Origin: Promethearchaeota archaeon
Lineage (GTDB): Archaea; Asgardarchaeota; Lokiarchaeia; Sigyniarchaeales; SOKP01
DNA length: 64,000 nt
Reading direction: 5' to 3'
Assembly: GCA_008080735.1 (NCBI GenBank)
Contig: SHMW01000002.1
Coordinates: forward strand, 54,285 to 118,284
In this document: positions 10,580 to 21,351 of the stretch, one piece after another
How positions within the stretch are numbered: the stretch's first letter is position 1
Layout: every line of letters starts with the position of its first letter
Notes under the pieces: generated by a model
Databases searched by the model: none
Told to the model about the DNA's origin: nothing
What the model saw: only the letters and a program-made list of their open reading frames with translations
Translations under genes and position numbers: made by a program

Positions 10580-10915
10580 TCATATTACATCCGCTTCCGA
10601 AAACAACCCAAGAATGGCAGCTACTAATACAATGATCCCTCCAGCAAAACTCCCGAAAATAATTAAAAGTATCGAAAAAACGAGTAAAATCACCCAATTG
10701 AATGGAATTGGATCATCTGGCTTTAAAGCACTTAATAAAACCAAAACAGCCATAATAATTGCTACTATTCGACTAATTAATCTATAATCGAAATTAAACG
10801 CTTTAATATTAGAGAGTCCGATGGCAGCTTCAAAAATGGCGATGATCCCACCGATTATAGCTAATATATACATAATTTTGTTTACTTCGGTTTGGGTTAC
10901 CATATTATTCAACAC
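10580..10915 (-). CDS. Small multi-pass membrane protein
   Basis: Four hydrophobic segments. Confidence 0.65.
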   Translation of the reverse strand: MLNNMVTQTEVNKIMYILAIIGGIIAIFEAAIGLSNIKAFNFDYRLISRIVAIIMAVLVLLSALKPDDPIPFNWVILLVFSILLIIFGSFAGGIIVLVAAILGLFSEADVI

Positions 10916-10994
10916 GCTTGTTGATAGTATGTATTTAAAAATAATACTCTTTTAAAAACATTACAATTTTTTTGTTTATTTTAACTATAACTCT

Positions 10995-12140
10995 TTAAAT
11001 CCACGATCTTTTTCTAAAATATATGATCATCAGAAGCGCGGTGGATATCATAATACTGATCAAGAGCGGATAGGCAATTGGAGAGGCTAATTCTGGCATA
11101 TAAATGAAGTTCATTCCATAAAATCCCGCAAGAAAAGACAATGGTATGAAAATCGTGGAGATTATCGTTAATACTTTCATAATGTCGTTCATTTTATTGC
11201 TCACACTGGATAAATATAAATCTAGCATACCTGTGATAATTTCCCGATAATTTTGGATAGAATCATTAATACGATAAATGTGGTCATAGAGATCTCTAAG
11301 GTAAATTTGGAGATAATCATTTACAAGCTCTGAGTCTTCTCTCTGAAAACTATTGATCACATCTCTCATCGGCCAAATCGCTTTTTGGAGATCTATCACA
11401 CTTCGTTTAACTTGATAAATTGTTTGTAATACCTCCTTTTCAGGTTTTTCCACTAAGTTATCTTCAATTTCTTCAATATAAGTCTCCAATAATTCTTGTG
11501 TAAGAAAATAATGGTCGATAATTATATCTACCAAGGCATAAGCAAGATAATCTGTTCCTAACGAGCGCACCCTACCTTTTGGAGTTGTGATACGTTCTAA
11601 GATCGGCTTGAATAGATCTGTGTTATGTTCCTCCACAGAAATTATGAAGTTAGGACCTATTATAATGGAAATTTGTTCAAAAATGAATTCATCACCATCA
11701 TCATCCCATTGTATCATATCAAGAACAATAAAAAGGTAATCTTTATAATCCTCATATTTAGGTCGTTGATTTGTATTTACAATATCTTCAAGCACAAGGG
11801 GATGGATTTCCATTAAATTCCCTAGCTTTTCAATTTTTTCCAAATCTCTCAAACCAGAAATCTTTATCCATCTTATCTTGGGTTTTACAATTTCTTTCAG
11901 ATTTGCTTCGATAGTGTTTAGTTCTTCAATTTGATAATTTTCTTTCTCATAATCAATTCTCTGTATAGATGTGGGCTCTAATTCTTTTTTAATTGAATGT
12001 TTTAAAGTGCCGGGTGGCTCTCCAATCTTCAAATGTTTTTTGCTTTTAGTGAACTTTTTATACATCTTCTTCGACATTTTTCTCACCAAAGGTACTCTAA
12101 CTTTTTCTTTGGTAGGTATTAAAGATTGAGGAGAACTCAC
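10995..12140 (-). CDS. corA: Magnesium/cobalt transporter CorA
   Basis: HPLVLEDI, QRPK, YGMNF signature, two C-terminal TM helices. Confidence 0.95.
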   Translation of the reverse strand: MSSPQSLIPTKEKVRVPLVRKMSKKMYKKFTKSKKHLKIGEPPGTLKHSIKKELEPTSIQRIDYEKENYQIEELNTIEANLKEIVKPKIRWIKISGLRDLEKIEKLGNLMEIHPLVLEDIVNTNQRPKYEDYKDYLFIVLDMIQWDDDGDEFIFEQISIIIGPNFIISVEEHNTDLFKPILERITTPKGRVRSLGTDYLAYALVDIIIDHYFLTQELLETYIEEIEDNLVEKPEKEVLQTIYQVKRSVIDLQKAIWPMRDVINSFQREDSELVNDYLQIYLRDLYDHIYRINDSIQNYREIITGMLDLYLSSVSNKMNDIMKVLTIISTIFIPLSFLAGFYGMNFIYMPELASPIAYPLLISIMISTALLMIIYFRKRSWI

Positions 12141-12234
12141 TATTAAAATTTAGCTCTAACATTTATAGATAAGAATACGGTGATTTATTATTTTTAAAAC
12201 AAACTTTTATAACCGAGAATAACAAAAATTACAT

Positions 12235-13017
12235 ATGCAAAAAAAATATCAAATAGTTCTAGCGATACTTTTAACCTTTCTGGGTATTCTTGCGCTTTTT
12301 TTCGGAGATCCAGTATGGCAATTTCTTGGTTTAGAACCTATATTGGTAAATTCAATTATACTTAACATTTTCGTATACGTGGGACGAACGATACTTATTA
12401 GATTAGTGAATTTCATCCTAAAAGCAAGATTAATTCGCTTTCTGATAAATATTGGTATTAATATCATTTGGATCGTCTTCATTTTCGAATTACTATTTAT
12501 CATTCCCGCCCTCCAAACTTTTGCTGTCGCGATTACATCGTTCATCGTCGTTGCTGTCTCTCTAACCTTTAGAGATCGCATTAATAATATCGCCTCGGGT
12601 ATATTAATCCTTGCTTCAGAGAGTTTTGATGTGGGTGATATGATTGAAACCAATGGAATCCAAGGAGTTGTGTTGAGTATTGATTTAAATTATACCAAAA
12701 TACGAGAATTAAACGGCATAATCACTTATATACCGAATAGCAATGTATTTAACGCAGCGACCAAGAAATTTACTCATAGAAAACTAAAGGAAATTGCCGA
12801 AAAAGAGACTGCTGAAAAGGGGGTTCATCTACGAGAATATGTAGATAAATTCGGTAAAATTATTTCGAGGGAAGAAAAAATTACTAGATATGTTAAAACG
12901 GTTAGGATTCTTTCAAGTCTAACGCCAGATGAATTGAGAGAAGTTCTGAATGATGTATTTGAAAGGTATAAGGAAGTTTTTGGAATCAAACCATTCTATT
13001 ACATAAACTATACTTGA
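12235..13017 (+). CDS. mscS: Small-conductance mechanosensitive channel (MscS family), probably C-terminally truncated
   Basis: NIASGILIL...FDVGDMIE, G.V..I.L.YT, IPNS motifs. Confidence 0.8.
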   Translation: MQKKYQIVLAILLTFLGILALFFGDPVWQFLGLEPILVNSIILNIFVYVGRTILIRLVNFILKARLIRFLINIGINIIWIVFIFELLFIIPALQTFAVAITSFIVVAVSLTFRDRINNIASGILILASESFDVGDMIETNGIQGVVLSIDLNYTKIRELNGIITYIPNSNVFNAATKKFTHRKLKEIAEKETAEKGVHLREYVDKFGKIISREEKITRYVKTVRILSSLTPDELREVLNDVFERYKEVFGIKPFYYINYT

Positions 13018-13211
13018 AAAAAGTCGAGGAAGTATGCAAGTCATACAAGAGAAAATTTAGTTTCAAACCCACATATCACATAGATGGATTCGAACACTTT
13101 ATCATAGTCAGATTTAGAATTTTAACGGATTCTTCTGAAAAGGTTTTTAATCATCAACCAATTTTTGCCAACGATATCTATAAAATCATCCAAAACGCTT
13201 GGCAAATGTAG
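13014..13211 (+). pseudogene. Probable C-terminal fragment of a second MscS paralog
   Basis: KVEEVCKSYKRKFSFKPTYHI aligns with LNDVFERYKEVFGIKPFYYI at the end of the upstream ORF; TTG start overlaps the upstream stop. Confidence 0.5.
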
Positions 13212-13280
13212 CTAATCTTTTATAATTATCTTTTCTTTTTTTCTTCATTACATTTCAAAGATATATTCAGTTTAGAGATT

Positions 13281-15194
13281 ATGAGTTTAAAAATTGATAA
13301 CGAATGGTTTATTGACAATAAAGGGCGAAAAGTCTTGCTCAGAGGAGTAAATCTCGGTGGAAGCTCAAAAGTCCCGACGATACCAAATGGCGCTACCCAT
13401 ATTCCCACAGATTTTTCAAATCATCAAAATGTCTCTTTTATAAATCGTCCTTTTCCTTTGGATGAAGCAGAAGAGCATTTTTCGAGATTGAAACATTGGG
13501 GTTTTAATTGCCTTAGATTCTTGATCACATGGGAAGCTATTGAGCACGAGGGTCCCAATCAATATGATCGAGAATATATTAAATATCTTATAGAAGTATT
13601 AGAGATTGCCAAGAAATTTGATTTCTATATTTTTATTGATCCCCATCAAGATGTATGGAGTAGGATGACTGGCGGTGATGGAGCACCAGGATGGATTTTC
13701 AAAAAACTTGGACTTGATATCACTAAATTGGATGAGTCAGAAGCCGCATTTACTATGCAAAAAAGATATGATCCAAGTGTTCCTTCCTCATATCCTCCAA
13801 TGTGTTGGTCTAGCAACGCCGTACGTTTTGCCAACGGTACAATGTGGACATTATTTTTTGGAGGGAATGATTTTGCACTTTCAGTAAAAATAGATGGAAA
13901 AAATGCTCAAGATTATTTGCAAGAGCACTATATCAATTCGATTTTACAAATCGTAAAGGAACTTAATCATAATTCCCATATTATTGGCTATGACAGTTTA
14001 AATGAACCAGAGAAAGGTTGGATCGGAAAGAGAGTAGATGGGTCAGGGGAAGAGACAATTTCTGATTATAGAGGACACGTTTTTACTCCCTTTGAAGCGA
14101 TGATAACCGCAGCGGGATTTTCGCGAGAAATTGGCTTCAATGAAGTAAAAGGAGTTGGAATTAAAGAAACGAGACGAGATATTCTAAATAAGGATAATAC
14201 TAGTTGCTGGTTAAACGATGAATATGATATCTGGAGAAATGAAGGGGTTTGGAAAATAGATGAAGTGGGGGATCCACAAATAATAGATAATTCCCATTTC
14301 AGAAATGTCAACGGGAAAAAAATTGAATTCCATAGGGATTATTTATCTCCATTTATTCGTAAGTTTGCGGATAAGGTAAGAGAAATTGATTCAGATGCGA
14401 TTATCTTTTTTGAAGGACATCCGGGTTCTACTATGTCGAAATCACTTCCAAAATTTAAACTCCCAAATAATGTGGTTCATGCGGGTCATTGGTATGATGC
14501 CGCAACACTAGTGACTAAGAGACCATTTTTACGAGCAAATTATGATATTACTAGAGATAAATTGGTTATTGGAAAGCAAAATGTGCAGAAAATGTTTACC
14601 CATCAACTCAAGCTAATTAAAGAGTTTGCAAAGGGAGAATATCCCACTCTTATCGGGGAATTTGGGCTACATTACGATATTAAAAACAAGAAAGCCTATA
14701 AAAAGGTCAGAAAAAAACCCATTAAAGCTTGGAAAACCCATGTCAAAGCGTTAGACATGTATTATAATGCATTGGATGCGAATCTAATTCACGCAACTCA
14801 ATGGAATTATACTGCCGATAATAATAACAGATGGGGAGATAAATGGAACTTAGAGGATCTTTCAATATTCAGCAGAGATCAACAATTCAATCCCGATGAT
14901 ATTAATAGCGGTGGTAGAGCTATTCGGGGGTTTTGCCGCCCTCATTTGCTCCGATGTGCGGGTGAACCTCTTAAAATGACATTTAACAAGAAAAAAGGAG
15001 AATTTCATTTTCAATTTCAAGCAATTCCCTTGATTAAAGCTCCCTCTTTATTTTATATTCCTAAAATTCAATATCCGGATGGGTATTCAATTCATTCAAA
15101 CATAGAAGATATTAGACATGAAATAGATGGTCAAACCCTCAAAGTATGGGTTGAAGGTGATGCTATTATTGAACTTTTAATTCGTAAGAAATAG
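13281..15194 (+). CDS. GH5 glycoside hydrolase, endoglycoceramidase / steryl-beta-glucosidase-like
   Basis: LRGVNLGG, TWEAIEH.GP, DPHQDVWSR..GGDGAP, NEP acid/base, GEFG nucleophile, WNY, C-terminal beta domain. Confidence 0.88.
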   Translation: MSLKIDNEWFIDNKGRKVLLRGVNLGGSSKVPTIPNGATHIPTDFSNHQNVSFINRPFPLDEAEEHFSRLKHWGFNCLRFLITWEAIEHEGPNQYDREYIKYLIEVLEIAKKFDFYIFIDPHQDVWSRMTGGDGAPGWIFKKLGLDITKLDESEAAFTMQKRYDPSVPSSYPPMCWSSNAVRFANGTMWTLFFGGNDFALSVKIDGKNAQDYLQEHYINSILQIVKELNHNSHIIGYDSLNEPEKGWIGKRVDGSGEETISDYRGHVFTPFEAMITAAGFSREIGFNEVKGVGIKETRRDILNKDNTSCWLNDEYDIWRNEGVWKIDEVGDPQIIDNSHFRNVNGKKIEFHRDYLSPFIRKFADKVREIDSDAIIFFEGHPGSTMSKSLPKFKLPNNVVHAGHWYDAATLVTKRPFLRANYDITRDKLVIGKQNVQKMFTHQLKLIKEFAKGEYPTLIGEFGLHYDIKNKKAYKKVRKKPIKAWKTHVKALDMYYNALDANLIHATQWNYTADNNNRWGDKWNLEDLSIFSRDQQFNPDDINSGGRAIRGFCRPHLLRCAGEPLKMTFNKKKGEFHFQFQAIPLIKAPSLFYIPKIQYPDGYSIHSNIEDIRHEIDGQTLKVWVEGDAIIELLIRKK

Positions 15195-15252
15195 TTATTT
15201 TCAGATCACAATAATTTTTTAGTCTCTAATTGCTATAAGAATTTGAATAGAA

Positions 15253-16290
15253 ATGAATGAGAAAATTCTCACTTTTGGAGAAATAATGCTAAGATTATCT
15301 CCACCAAACTTTCAACGATTTATTCAGGCGAGATCATTTGATGCGATTTATGGAGGCGGTGAAGCAAATGTGGCTGTTTCTTTGGCTAATTATGGTCTTC
15401 CGGTTGATTATGTGACAAAATTACCGAATAATCCATTAGGAGACGCCTGTCTTAATTATATGAGACAATATGGCGTAAACACTGACAAAATTGTGAGAGG
15501 CGGGGATCGGTTAGGTATATACTTTCTGGAAAAAGGAGCCTCCATTCGTTCGAGTAATGTTATATATGATAGAGCAAATTCCTCAATCGCTACGGCAGAT
15601 ATTGACGATTTTGACTGGGATAAACTTTTCCGAGATGTGCGATGGTTTCATTGGACTGGAATAACTCCTGCCATCTCCCAGAACCTCGCAGATATTTGTT
15701 TGAATGCGGTAAAAGTGGCACAGGAAAATCATATCACAGTCTCATGTGACTTAAATTATCGGAGTAAATTATGGAAGTATGGAAAATCGTGCACCGAAAT
15801 TATGTCTGAGCTGGTGAAATATTGTGATATTGCAGTTGGAAATGAGGAAGACTTTGAAAAAGTATTTAATATTGCCCCTCCTAATGTAGATATCTCCTTG
15901 GGGAAGGTTGCTGCTCATAATTATAAAGATGTTGTTGAAGAATTTAAGAAACGCTATCCTAATATTCAAAAAATAGGTATTACTCTAAGGGGCTCTATAT
16001 CAGCCACACATAATACTTGGTCGGGGCTCCTTTATGATGGGGATAAGATGTATACAGCGCCAGAGTATGACATTGATTATATTGTAGACAGAGTTGGAGG
16101 AGGAGATTCCTTTAATGCGGGTTTAATCTATGGACTTCTAATGTATAAGGATGATTTACAGAAGGCCTTAAATTTTGCAGTTGGCGCTTCATGCTTAAAA
16201 CATAGCATTGAAGGTGATTTCAATTTGGTCTCGAAAGAGGAAGTCATTAAATTGATTGGGGGTAATGCCTCCGGTCGAATTTCAAGATAA
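15253..16290 (+). CDS. kdgK: 2-keto-3-deoxygluconate kinase (PfkB family)
   Basis: FGEIMLRLSP, GGGEANVA, DLNYR..LW, DRVGGGDSF, GRISR. Confidence 0.9.
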   Translation: MNEKILTFGEIMLRLSPPNFQRFIQARSFDAIYGGGEANVAVSLANYGLPVDYVTKLPNNPLGDACLNYMRQYGVNTDKIVRGGDRLGIYFLEKGASIRSSNVIYDRANSSIATADIDDFDWDKLFRDVRWFHWTGITPAISQNLADICLNAVKVAQENHITVSCDLNYRSKLWKYGKSCTEIMSELVKYCDIAVGNEEDFEKVFNIAPPNVDISLGKVAAHNYKDVVEEFKKRYPNIQKIGITLRGSISATHNTWSGLLYDGDKMYTAPEYDIDYIVDRVGGGDSFNAGLIYGLLMYKDDLQKALNFAVGASCLKHSIEGDFNLVSKEEVIKLIGGNASGRISR

Positions 16291-16371
16291 AGGAAACTTA
16301 AGATTCTCTTAAGGAAGCAACAAAACTTCTTATTTTCTTCTATTTTTTATAATTTATCATATTTATTAGTT

Positions 16372-17181
16372 GTGAATATAATTATGAATGATTATAATAA
16401 AATGGTTTTAACTGCGACAACTGCGAATTCATGGATATATCCAGAATGCAAAAATTGGGCAGAAAATGTTGATGATTTAATTGATGACGTTGTTCATTGC
16501 TATGAAGCAGGAGCAACGATCGCTCATATACATTTACCAAGAGGAAAAGAAATTAACACTGTAGAACGGATTCGTGAACGGTGCGATATTCTAATTCAAG
16601 CGGGCATGTCAAGTGATAGTATCCCTGAAAGAAAAGGTGATTTCGAAGCCAAACCGGATATGATGTCAATAATCTTGAATCATCATGATGAACATTTTAC
16701 TCAAGTCAGTGTGAATAAACTTCATCCATTAAATGAGTTAGAGGAATATTGTAAAAAATGTTTGAATCATAAAATCAAACCTGAATGGGAAGTATGGCAC
16801 ATGGGGTCATATTGGAACCTTAATTGTTTAATTGAAAAAGGATTGGTGGAGCAACCCCATATATTAACACTTTTTTTTAATTGGCCAGGTGGAACATGGT
16901 CACCTCCGACCGCGGATGAATATTTGCATAGAATCAATTATATGCCAAATGGATGTGAACATACAATTAGTGTAATGGGGGATGAGCAAACTAAAATTGC
17001 TACATTGGCAATATCTAAAGGTGGAAATGTACGTGTTGGCACTGAAGATTATCCCTACATCAAAAAAGGAGTTCCCGCAAAAAATAATGCTGAAATTGTC
17101 GCCAGGATGAAAAGAATCAGTGAAGAGATGGGAAGAGAAGTGGCAACTCCCTCAGAAGGCAGAAAGATATTAGGAATCTAA
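16372..17181 (+). CDS. Beta-keto acid cleavage enzyme (BKACE/DUF849, Kce-like)
   Basis: AGATIAHIH metal motif, KPEWE, GGNVRVGTED, NAEIV, ATPSEGR.ILG. Confidence 0.85.
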   Translation: MNIIMNDYNKMVLTATTANSWIYPECKNWAENVDDLIDDVVHCYEAGATIAHIHLPRGKEINTVERIRERCDILIQAGMSSDSIPERKGDFEAKPDMMSIILNHHDEHFTQVSVNKLHPLNELEEYCKKCLNHKIKPEWEVWHMGSYWNLNCLIEKGLVEQPHILTLFFNWPGGTWSPPTADEYLHRINYMPNGCEHTISVMGDEQTKIATLAISKGGNVRVGTEDYPYIKKGVPAKNNAEIVARMKRISEEMGREVATPSEGRKILGI

Positions 17182-17217
17182 TTTAAAACAAATAAATTAA
17201 AAAGTATTGCATAAAAA

Positions 17218-17979
17218 GTGAGAATGAATATAATGGAAATTAAAAATAAAGTAGCTATTATTACAGGAGCAGGAGCTGGGATTGGAGAGGCTACTGCCCG
17301 ATTATTTGCCCAAAGAGGTGCCAATGTGGTATGTAATTCTTTATCAAGATCCGCGGAAATGATTAAAAATGAAATAAATAAGAGTGGGGGTGAGGCCATT
17401 TTCGTACAAGCAGATGTCTCAAAAGAAAATGAAGCAAAAAGGATCGTTGAAAAAACTCTTGAAACCTTTGGCAAATTGGATATTTTATTTAATAACGCTG
17501 GTATTGTGATTCCAGGACGAATTGATTCAATCTCAACAGACGATTGGGATAAAACTATGGCGGTAAACGTGAAAGGGGTATATTTGGTCTCAAAATATGC
17601 GATCCCTCATCTTATAAGTACAAAGGGAGTAATTGTGAATAATTCCTCCTCTGTTGCATTTAAAGGTGTTAAAGATAGAGTTGCCTATACCGCATCAAAA
17701 GGCGCAGTTCTTTCGATGACGCGTGCTATGGCTGCTGATTATATTGAGGATGGGATTCGAGTCAATGCCATATGCCCTGGAACTACTGAAACACCATCAT
17801 TGGTCAAACGATTGGAAAATTTTGAAGATCCAGAACAAGCAAAAAAGGATTTTATTGCGAGACAGAAAATGGGCCGCTTAGGAACGCCTGAGGAGATTGC
17901 TGAAGGAGTGTTATTTCTTGTTCAAAACGAATTCACAACAGGTACAAGCCTATCCATCGATGGTGGGATGACAATGTAA
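17218..17979 (+). CDS. SDR oxidoreductase
   Basis: TGAGAGIG, NNAG, YTASK, NAICPG. Confidence 0.92.
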   Translation: MRMNIMEIKNKVAIITGAGAGIGEATARLFAQRGANVVCNSLSRSAEMIKNEINKSGGEAIFVQADVSKENEAKRIVEKTLETFGKLDILFNNAGIVIPGRIDSISTDDWDKTMAVNVKGVYLVSKYAIPHLISTKGVIVNNSSSVAFKGVKDRVAYTASKGAVLSMTRAMAADYIEDGIRVNAICPGTTETPSLVKRLENFEDPEQAKKDFIARQKMGRLGTPEEIAEGVLFLVQNEFTTGTSLSIDGGMTM

Positions 17980-17999
17980 AACACCATAAGATACAAATG

Positions 18000-19148
18000 C
18001 TAAAAATCCAATTTTAATTCCGTATAATTTTTTTGGATTGCATCATCTAAATTCTGAAAGATAAGTTCTGTGTCGTTTTCATTGGCAAAATTTATTAGGT
18101 CTTCCATGTGAATCCTCTTTCCCTCTTTTGCTGCAAGATAGCTCAGTAAGACTCCAGAAACCGCATCCTTAGCATGCAGTGGGGTAAAATCAGGCTCTCG
18201 ATCTTCTAATATACATTCTGCAAAATGCATATCTTCATAAAATGCTGAAATCAAATAATATTGTGGAAAAGGTCCATGCTCAACATCTGGGGTAAAAAAC
18301 TTGCCTACTTCTTCAGCATTGGGATGGTTTGAATATATTTGAACAGGCTTTTCCCAAGAATGATCTTCAAATATGGTACCTTTCGTTCCATGTAATTCAA
18401 TTTTGTTAGTAAGTGGATGTAGAGTTGTAGATGATAAAGTAATTTCAACCATTGTTCCTCTTCTATATTTAACAAGTATTATCGCATTATCTTCACCCTT
18501 ATTATTGGGAGAATCATACGCCTTTCCAATCCAGCATGTAATAGAATCAACTGAATCATTTAATAGCCAATTAATTGTAGAAAATTTATGAACTCCTTGA
18601 TCCGCGACCACTCCTCCTCCACCTTCTTTGTAACAAAAGTGCCAACTCTCTGGATTTAAGAACTGCTTTGGGTCGCAATAGGCACCTTCATACGATCTAA
18701 TCAAAAAGATATCTCCTAAGAGTCCATCATCTATAAAATCTTTAATACATTGGTGGGCCGGAAGAAATCTATGGTTTTCAGCAATCATGAATTTTACCCC
18801 TGCAGCTTGCGTAGCTTGTATCATCGCATCGCATCCTTCCAATGTCCTTGCCATAGGTTTTTCACAGAGTACATGTTTTCCGGCGTTTGCAGCTTTCATG
18901 ACTATCTCTTCGTGTAAATAATGAGGAACAGAAACTAATACAGCATCGATATCACTTTCGAGGAGATCTTGAAGTTTCATATATGGCTGCAATTTATGGG
19001 CTCTGGAAAATCTCTTTAGCGTCCTGCTATTTATGTCATGTGCCGCCACAAATTCTAGCTTCTCTTGAACTTTTCTTTTAAAGGCTGTAATATGGAAAAT
19101 AGCAGCATCACCACAACCAATAATTCCAAAATTAATAGGATGTGCCAT
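18000..19148 (-). CDS. Gfo/Idh/MocA oxidoreductase
   Basis: GIIGCG, GKHVLCEKPMA, GGG...DQGVH. Confidence 0.92.
   Translation of the reverse strand: MAHPINFGIIGCGDAAIFHITAFKRKVQEKLEFVAAHDINSRTLKRFSRAHKLQPYMKLQDLLESDIDAVLVSVPHYLHEEIVMKAANAGKHVLCEKPMARTLEGCDAMIQATQAAGVKFMIAENHRFLPAHQCIKDFIDDGLLGDIFLIRSYEGAYCDPKQFLNPESWHFCYKEGGGGVVADQGVHKFSTINWLLNDSVDSITCWIGKAYDSPNNKGEDNAIILVKYRRGTMVEITLSSTTLHPLTNKIELHGTKGTIFEDHSWEKPVQIYSNHPNAEEVGKFFTPDVEHGPFPQYYLISAFYEDMHFAECILEDREPDFTPLHAKDAVSGVLLSYLAAKEGKRIHMEDLINFANENDTELIFQNLDDAIQKNYTELKLDF
18760..18834. repeat. 75-bp near-identical segment, inverted relative to 21657-21731
   Basis: Reverse complement matches 21657-21731 with 2 mismatches in 75 bp. Confidence 0.85.
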
Positions 19149-19221
19149 AAAATAAGAAATAGAATTTTGAAAATAAAAATATACCTAAAAAAAAAAGAAT
19201 TAACTAAAACACTTCCTGTTA

Positions 19222-20022
19222 TTAACGAGTGGTCCATCCGCCGTCCATGCGCAAATCTGCTCCGGTCATATAGGACGCATCATCAGTAGCTAAGAAGAGG
19301 ATTCCAGTGGCGATCTCTTCTGGTTCTGCCCATCTGCCTAAGACTCCTTCTTTTTCAAATTCCTTTTTAACAATTTCATAATCCACACCTCTGTCCCTTG
19401 CTTGTTTTGCCACATCGCTCTGAAGCATTGGCGTATCTGTGGCACCCGGCGAAACACTATTCACACGTACATTAAAAGGTGCCATATCAAGTGCTAATGC
19501 TTTTGTAAAACCTAATACCCCCGCCTTTGTAGAACAATAGTTTGCATGGTTAACTTGACCAATATGGGCTGCAACACTTGCCAGTGTAATAATGGAACCC
19601 TCACCTTGCTCTTTAAAATAGGGAATAGCAAATTTACATGTATAAAAGGTTCCTTTTAGGTTAACATCAATCAATAGATCGTAATCCTCATCGGGAAATT
19701 CATCGATCGGACCTACTCGCACCACACCAGCATTCACTATTAAAACATCAATTCTTCCGTGTTTTTCAATAGTAAATTCGATCATTTCTTTTACTTCTTT
19801 GGGATTTCTTACATCTACCGTAATATAAGAGATTTTTCTTTTCTGATCCCCCAATAGATTGTATGTTTCTTTCAGCCCTTCTTCATCTATATCTGAAATG
19901 ACTAAAATTGCCCCTTCCTCTGCAAATAACCTTGCCGTTGCTCTCCCTATTCCAGAAGCAGCTCCCGTTAATACACATATTTTATCTTTTACTCTCATAT
20001 TCTCACATTTATTTATAATCAT
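19222..20022 (-). CDS. SDR oxidoreductase
   Basis: TGAASGIG, NAG, YCSTK, NSVSPG, DGG. Confidence 0.92.
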   Translation of the reverse strand: MIINKCENMRVKDKICVLTGAASGIGRATARLFAEEGAILVISDIDEEGLKETYNLLGDQKRKISYITVDVRNPKEVKEMIEFTIEKHGRIDVLIVNAGVVRVGPIDEFPDEDYDLLIDVNLKGTFYTCKFAIPYFKEQGEGSIITLASVAAHIGQVNHANYCSTKAGVLGFTKALALDMAPFNVRVNSVSPGATDTPMLQSDVAKQARDRGVDYEIVKKEFEKEGVLGRWAEPEEIATGILFLATDDASYMTGADLRMDGGWTTR

Positions 20023-20064
20023 TCATCAAATTTGGTTAAAAAATAAGAATAAGAATTAGGTCCC

Positions 20065-21204
20065 CTATTTTACTACTGTAGGTTTATCTAGCGAAGACAA
20101 TCGTTCACATCCTATATCAGTTACTCTATAACAATCTTCTACTCCGACTAATCCTTGACCTCTCACATTTAACCATACCTCAATATCTAGTACCATATTT
20201 TTCTCAAAAGGAATATCCATTGACGAGACGGGGCCAAACATATGTGCTTCCTCACACTCTAAGCCAATATGATGTCCAGTAATTAAATAAAAACCTCTTT
20301 TTGTCAGATTTTTAAGATATTTTTGAGCATCTTCAGCAAGTACTTTTGGCATCACACCTGGTTTAATATTTTCCACACAAAAATCTTGAACTTGAATCAT
20401 ATATTCTAAGGCATCTTGAGCTTTTTTAGGTTCTTCTCCAATCACCACTCCCCTACTAACATCAGAAATATATCCTTCCCAAACCGCCCCAAAATCGAAT
20501 CTTACTATATCATTTGGAGTCACAGGTATTCCAAGTCCTGGTGCTTCTGGATCAGAGGGACCAATATTCATAGTCAAATGATCCCATCCCCATGCCCCTT
20601 CATCAACAATGGTTTTTCTCGCGATTTTTAATAATTCTGTATCCTTCACATCTAACTCCGTCGCATCGATACAAGCTTTGATGGCTTTTTCTGCAACCTC
20701 CGTGGATTTTTTAATCCTTCTGATCTCTTCCTCCGTTTTTATTAGTCTCATATCTAGAAATGCATCATCCGCATCTATTATCTTTGCATCTGGAAATTTG
20801 GACTTTAATGCTTCAGATTGATAACGAGGCATTAAGGATTCGACACCGAGAGTCTTATCTTCCAAATTCCATTCTTTAATCTTTTTTACCAAAGTTTTAA
20901 TGCACGCTTCAACACTTCCGATTCGAAAGACTTCGCTTGGATCTATCCAAGAAAACTCCTCCACACTATCATATAAAGACCATACTATCGCACTTTCTTC
21001 TCCATCTTTCTTTATCATAGAGAGAAATGGATATTGGTTCTTCAATACATATAAAATTGGATTGGGTGCAACATGAGTTACGGGCAATCCAGTCGTATAA
21101 AAAACATTGACGGGGCTGGATGCGATTAATAAGTCTAAGTTTCTTTTTTCTAGAACCTCCTTTGCCTTATCCTTTCTATAACCTATTGGTTCCATTTTTT
21201 TCAC
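20065..21204 (-). CDS. M24 family (Xaa-Pro peptidase / creatinase-like) hydrolase
   Basis: LRxIKxxEE-like segment, DFG...GYISD, GHHIG, DIE, GVED metal ligands. Confidence 0.88.
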   Translation of the reverse strand: MKKMEPIGYRKDKAKEVLEKRNLDLLIASSPVNVFYTTGLPVTHVAPNPILYVLKNQYPFLSMIKKDGEESAIVWSLYDSVEEFSWIDPSEVFRIGSVEACIKTLVKKIKEWNLEDKTLGVESLMPRYQSEALKSKFPDAKIIDADDAFLDMRLIKTEEEIRRIKKSTEVAEKAIKACIDATELDVKDTELLKIARKTIVDEGAWGWDHLTMNIGPSDPEAPGLGIPVTPNDIVRFDFGAVWEGYISDVSRGVVIGEEPKKAQDALEYMIQVQDFCVENIKPGVMPKVLAEDAQKYLKNLTKRGFYLITGHHIGLECEEAHMFGPVSSMDIPFEKNMVLDIEVWLNVRGQGLVGVEDCYRVTDIGCERLSSLDKPTVVK

Positions 21205-21351
21205 ATTGATTTTCTATACAATTTAATATAATTTATAAATTCGTACTTAATTGAATGTTATCTAAAATACAATTTATACTTTTAATTTTCTTTTCACATT
21301 GTTAATTCATGTTTAATAAGATTTATTTATGCTCAAAGGTAAAAATGAATT

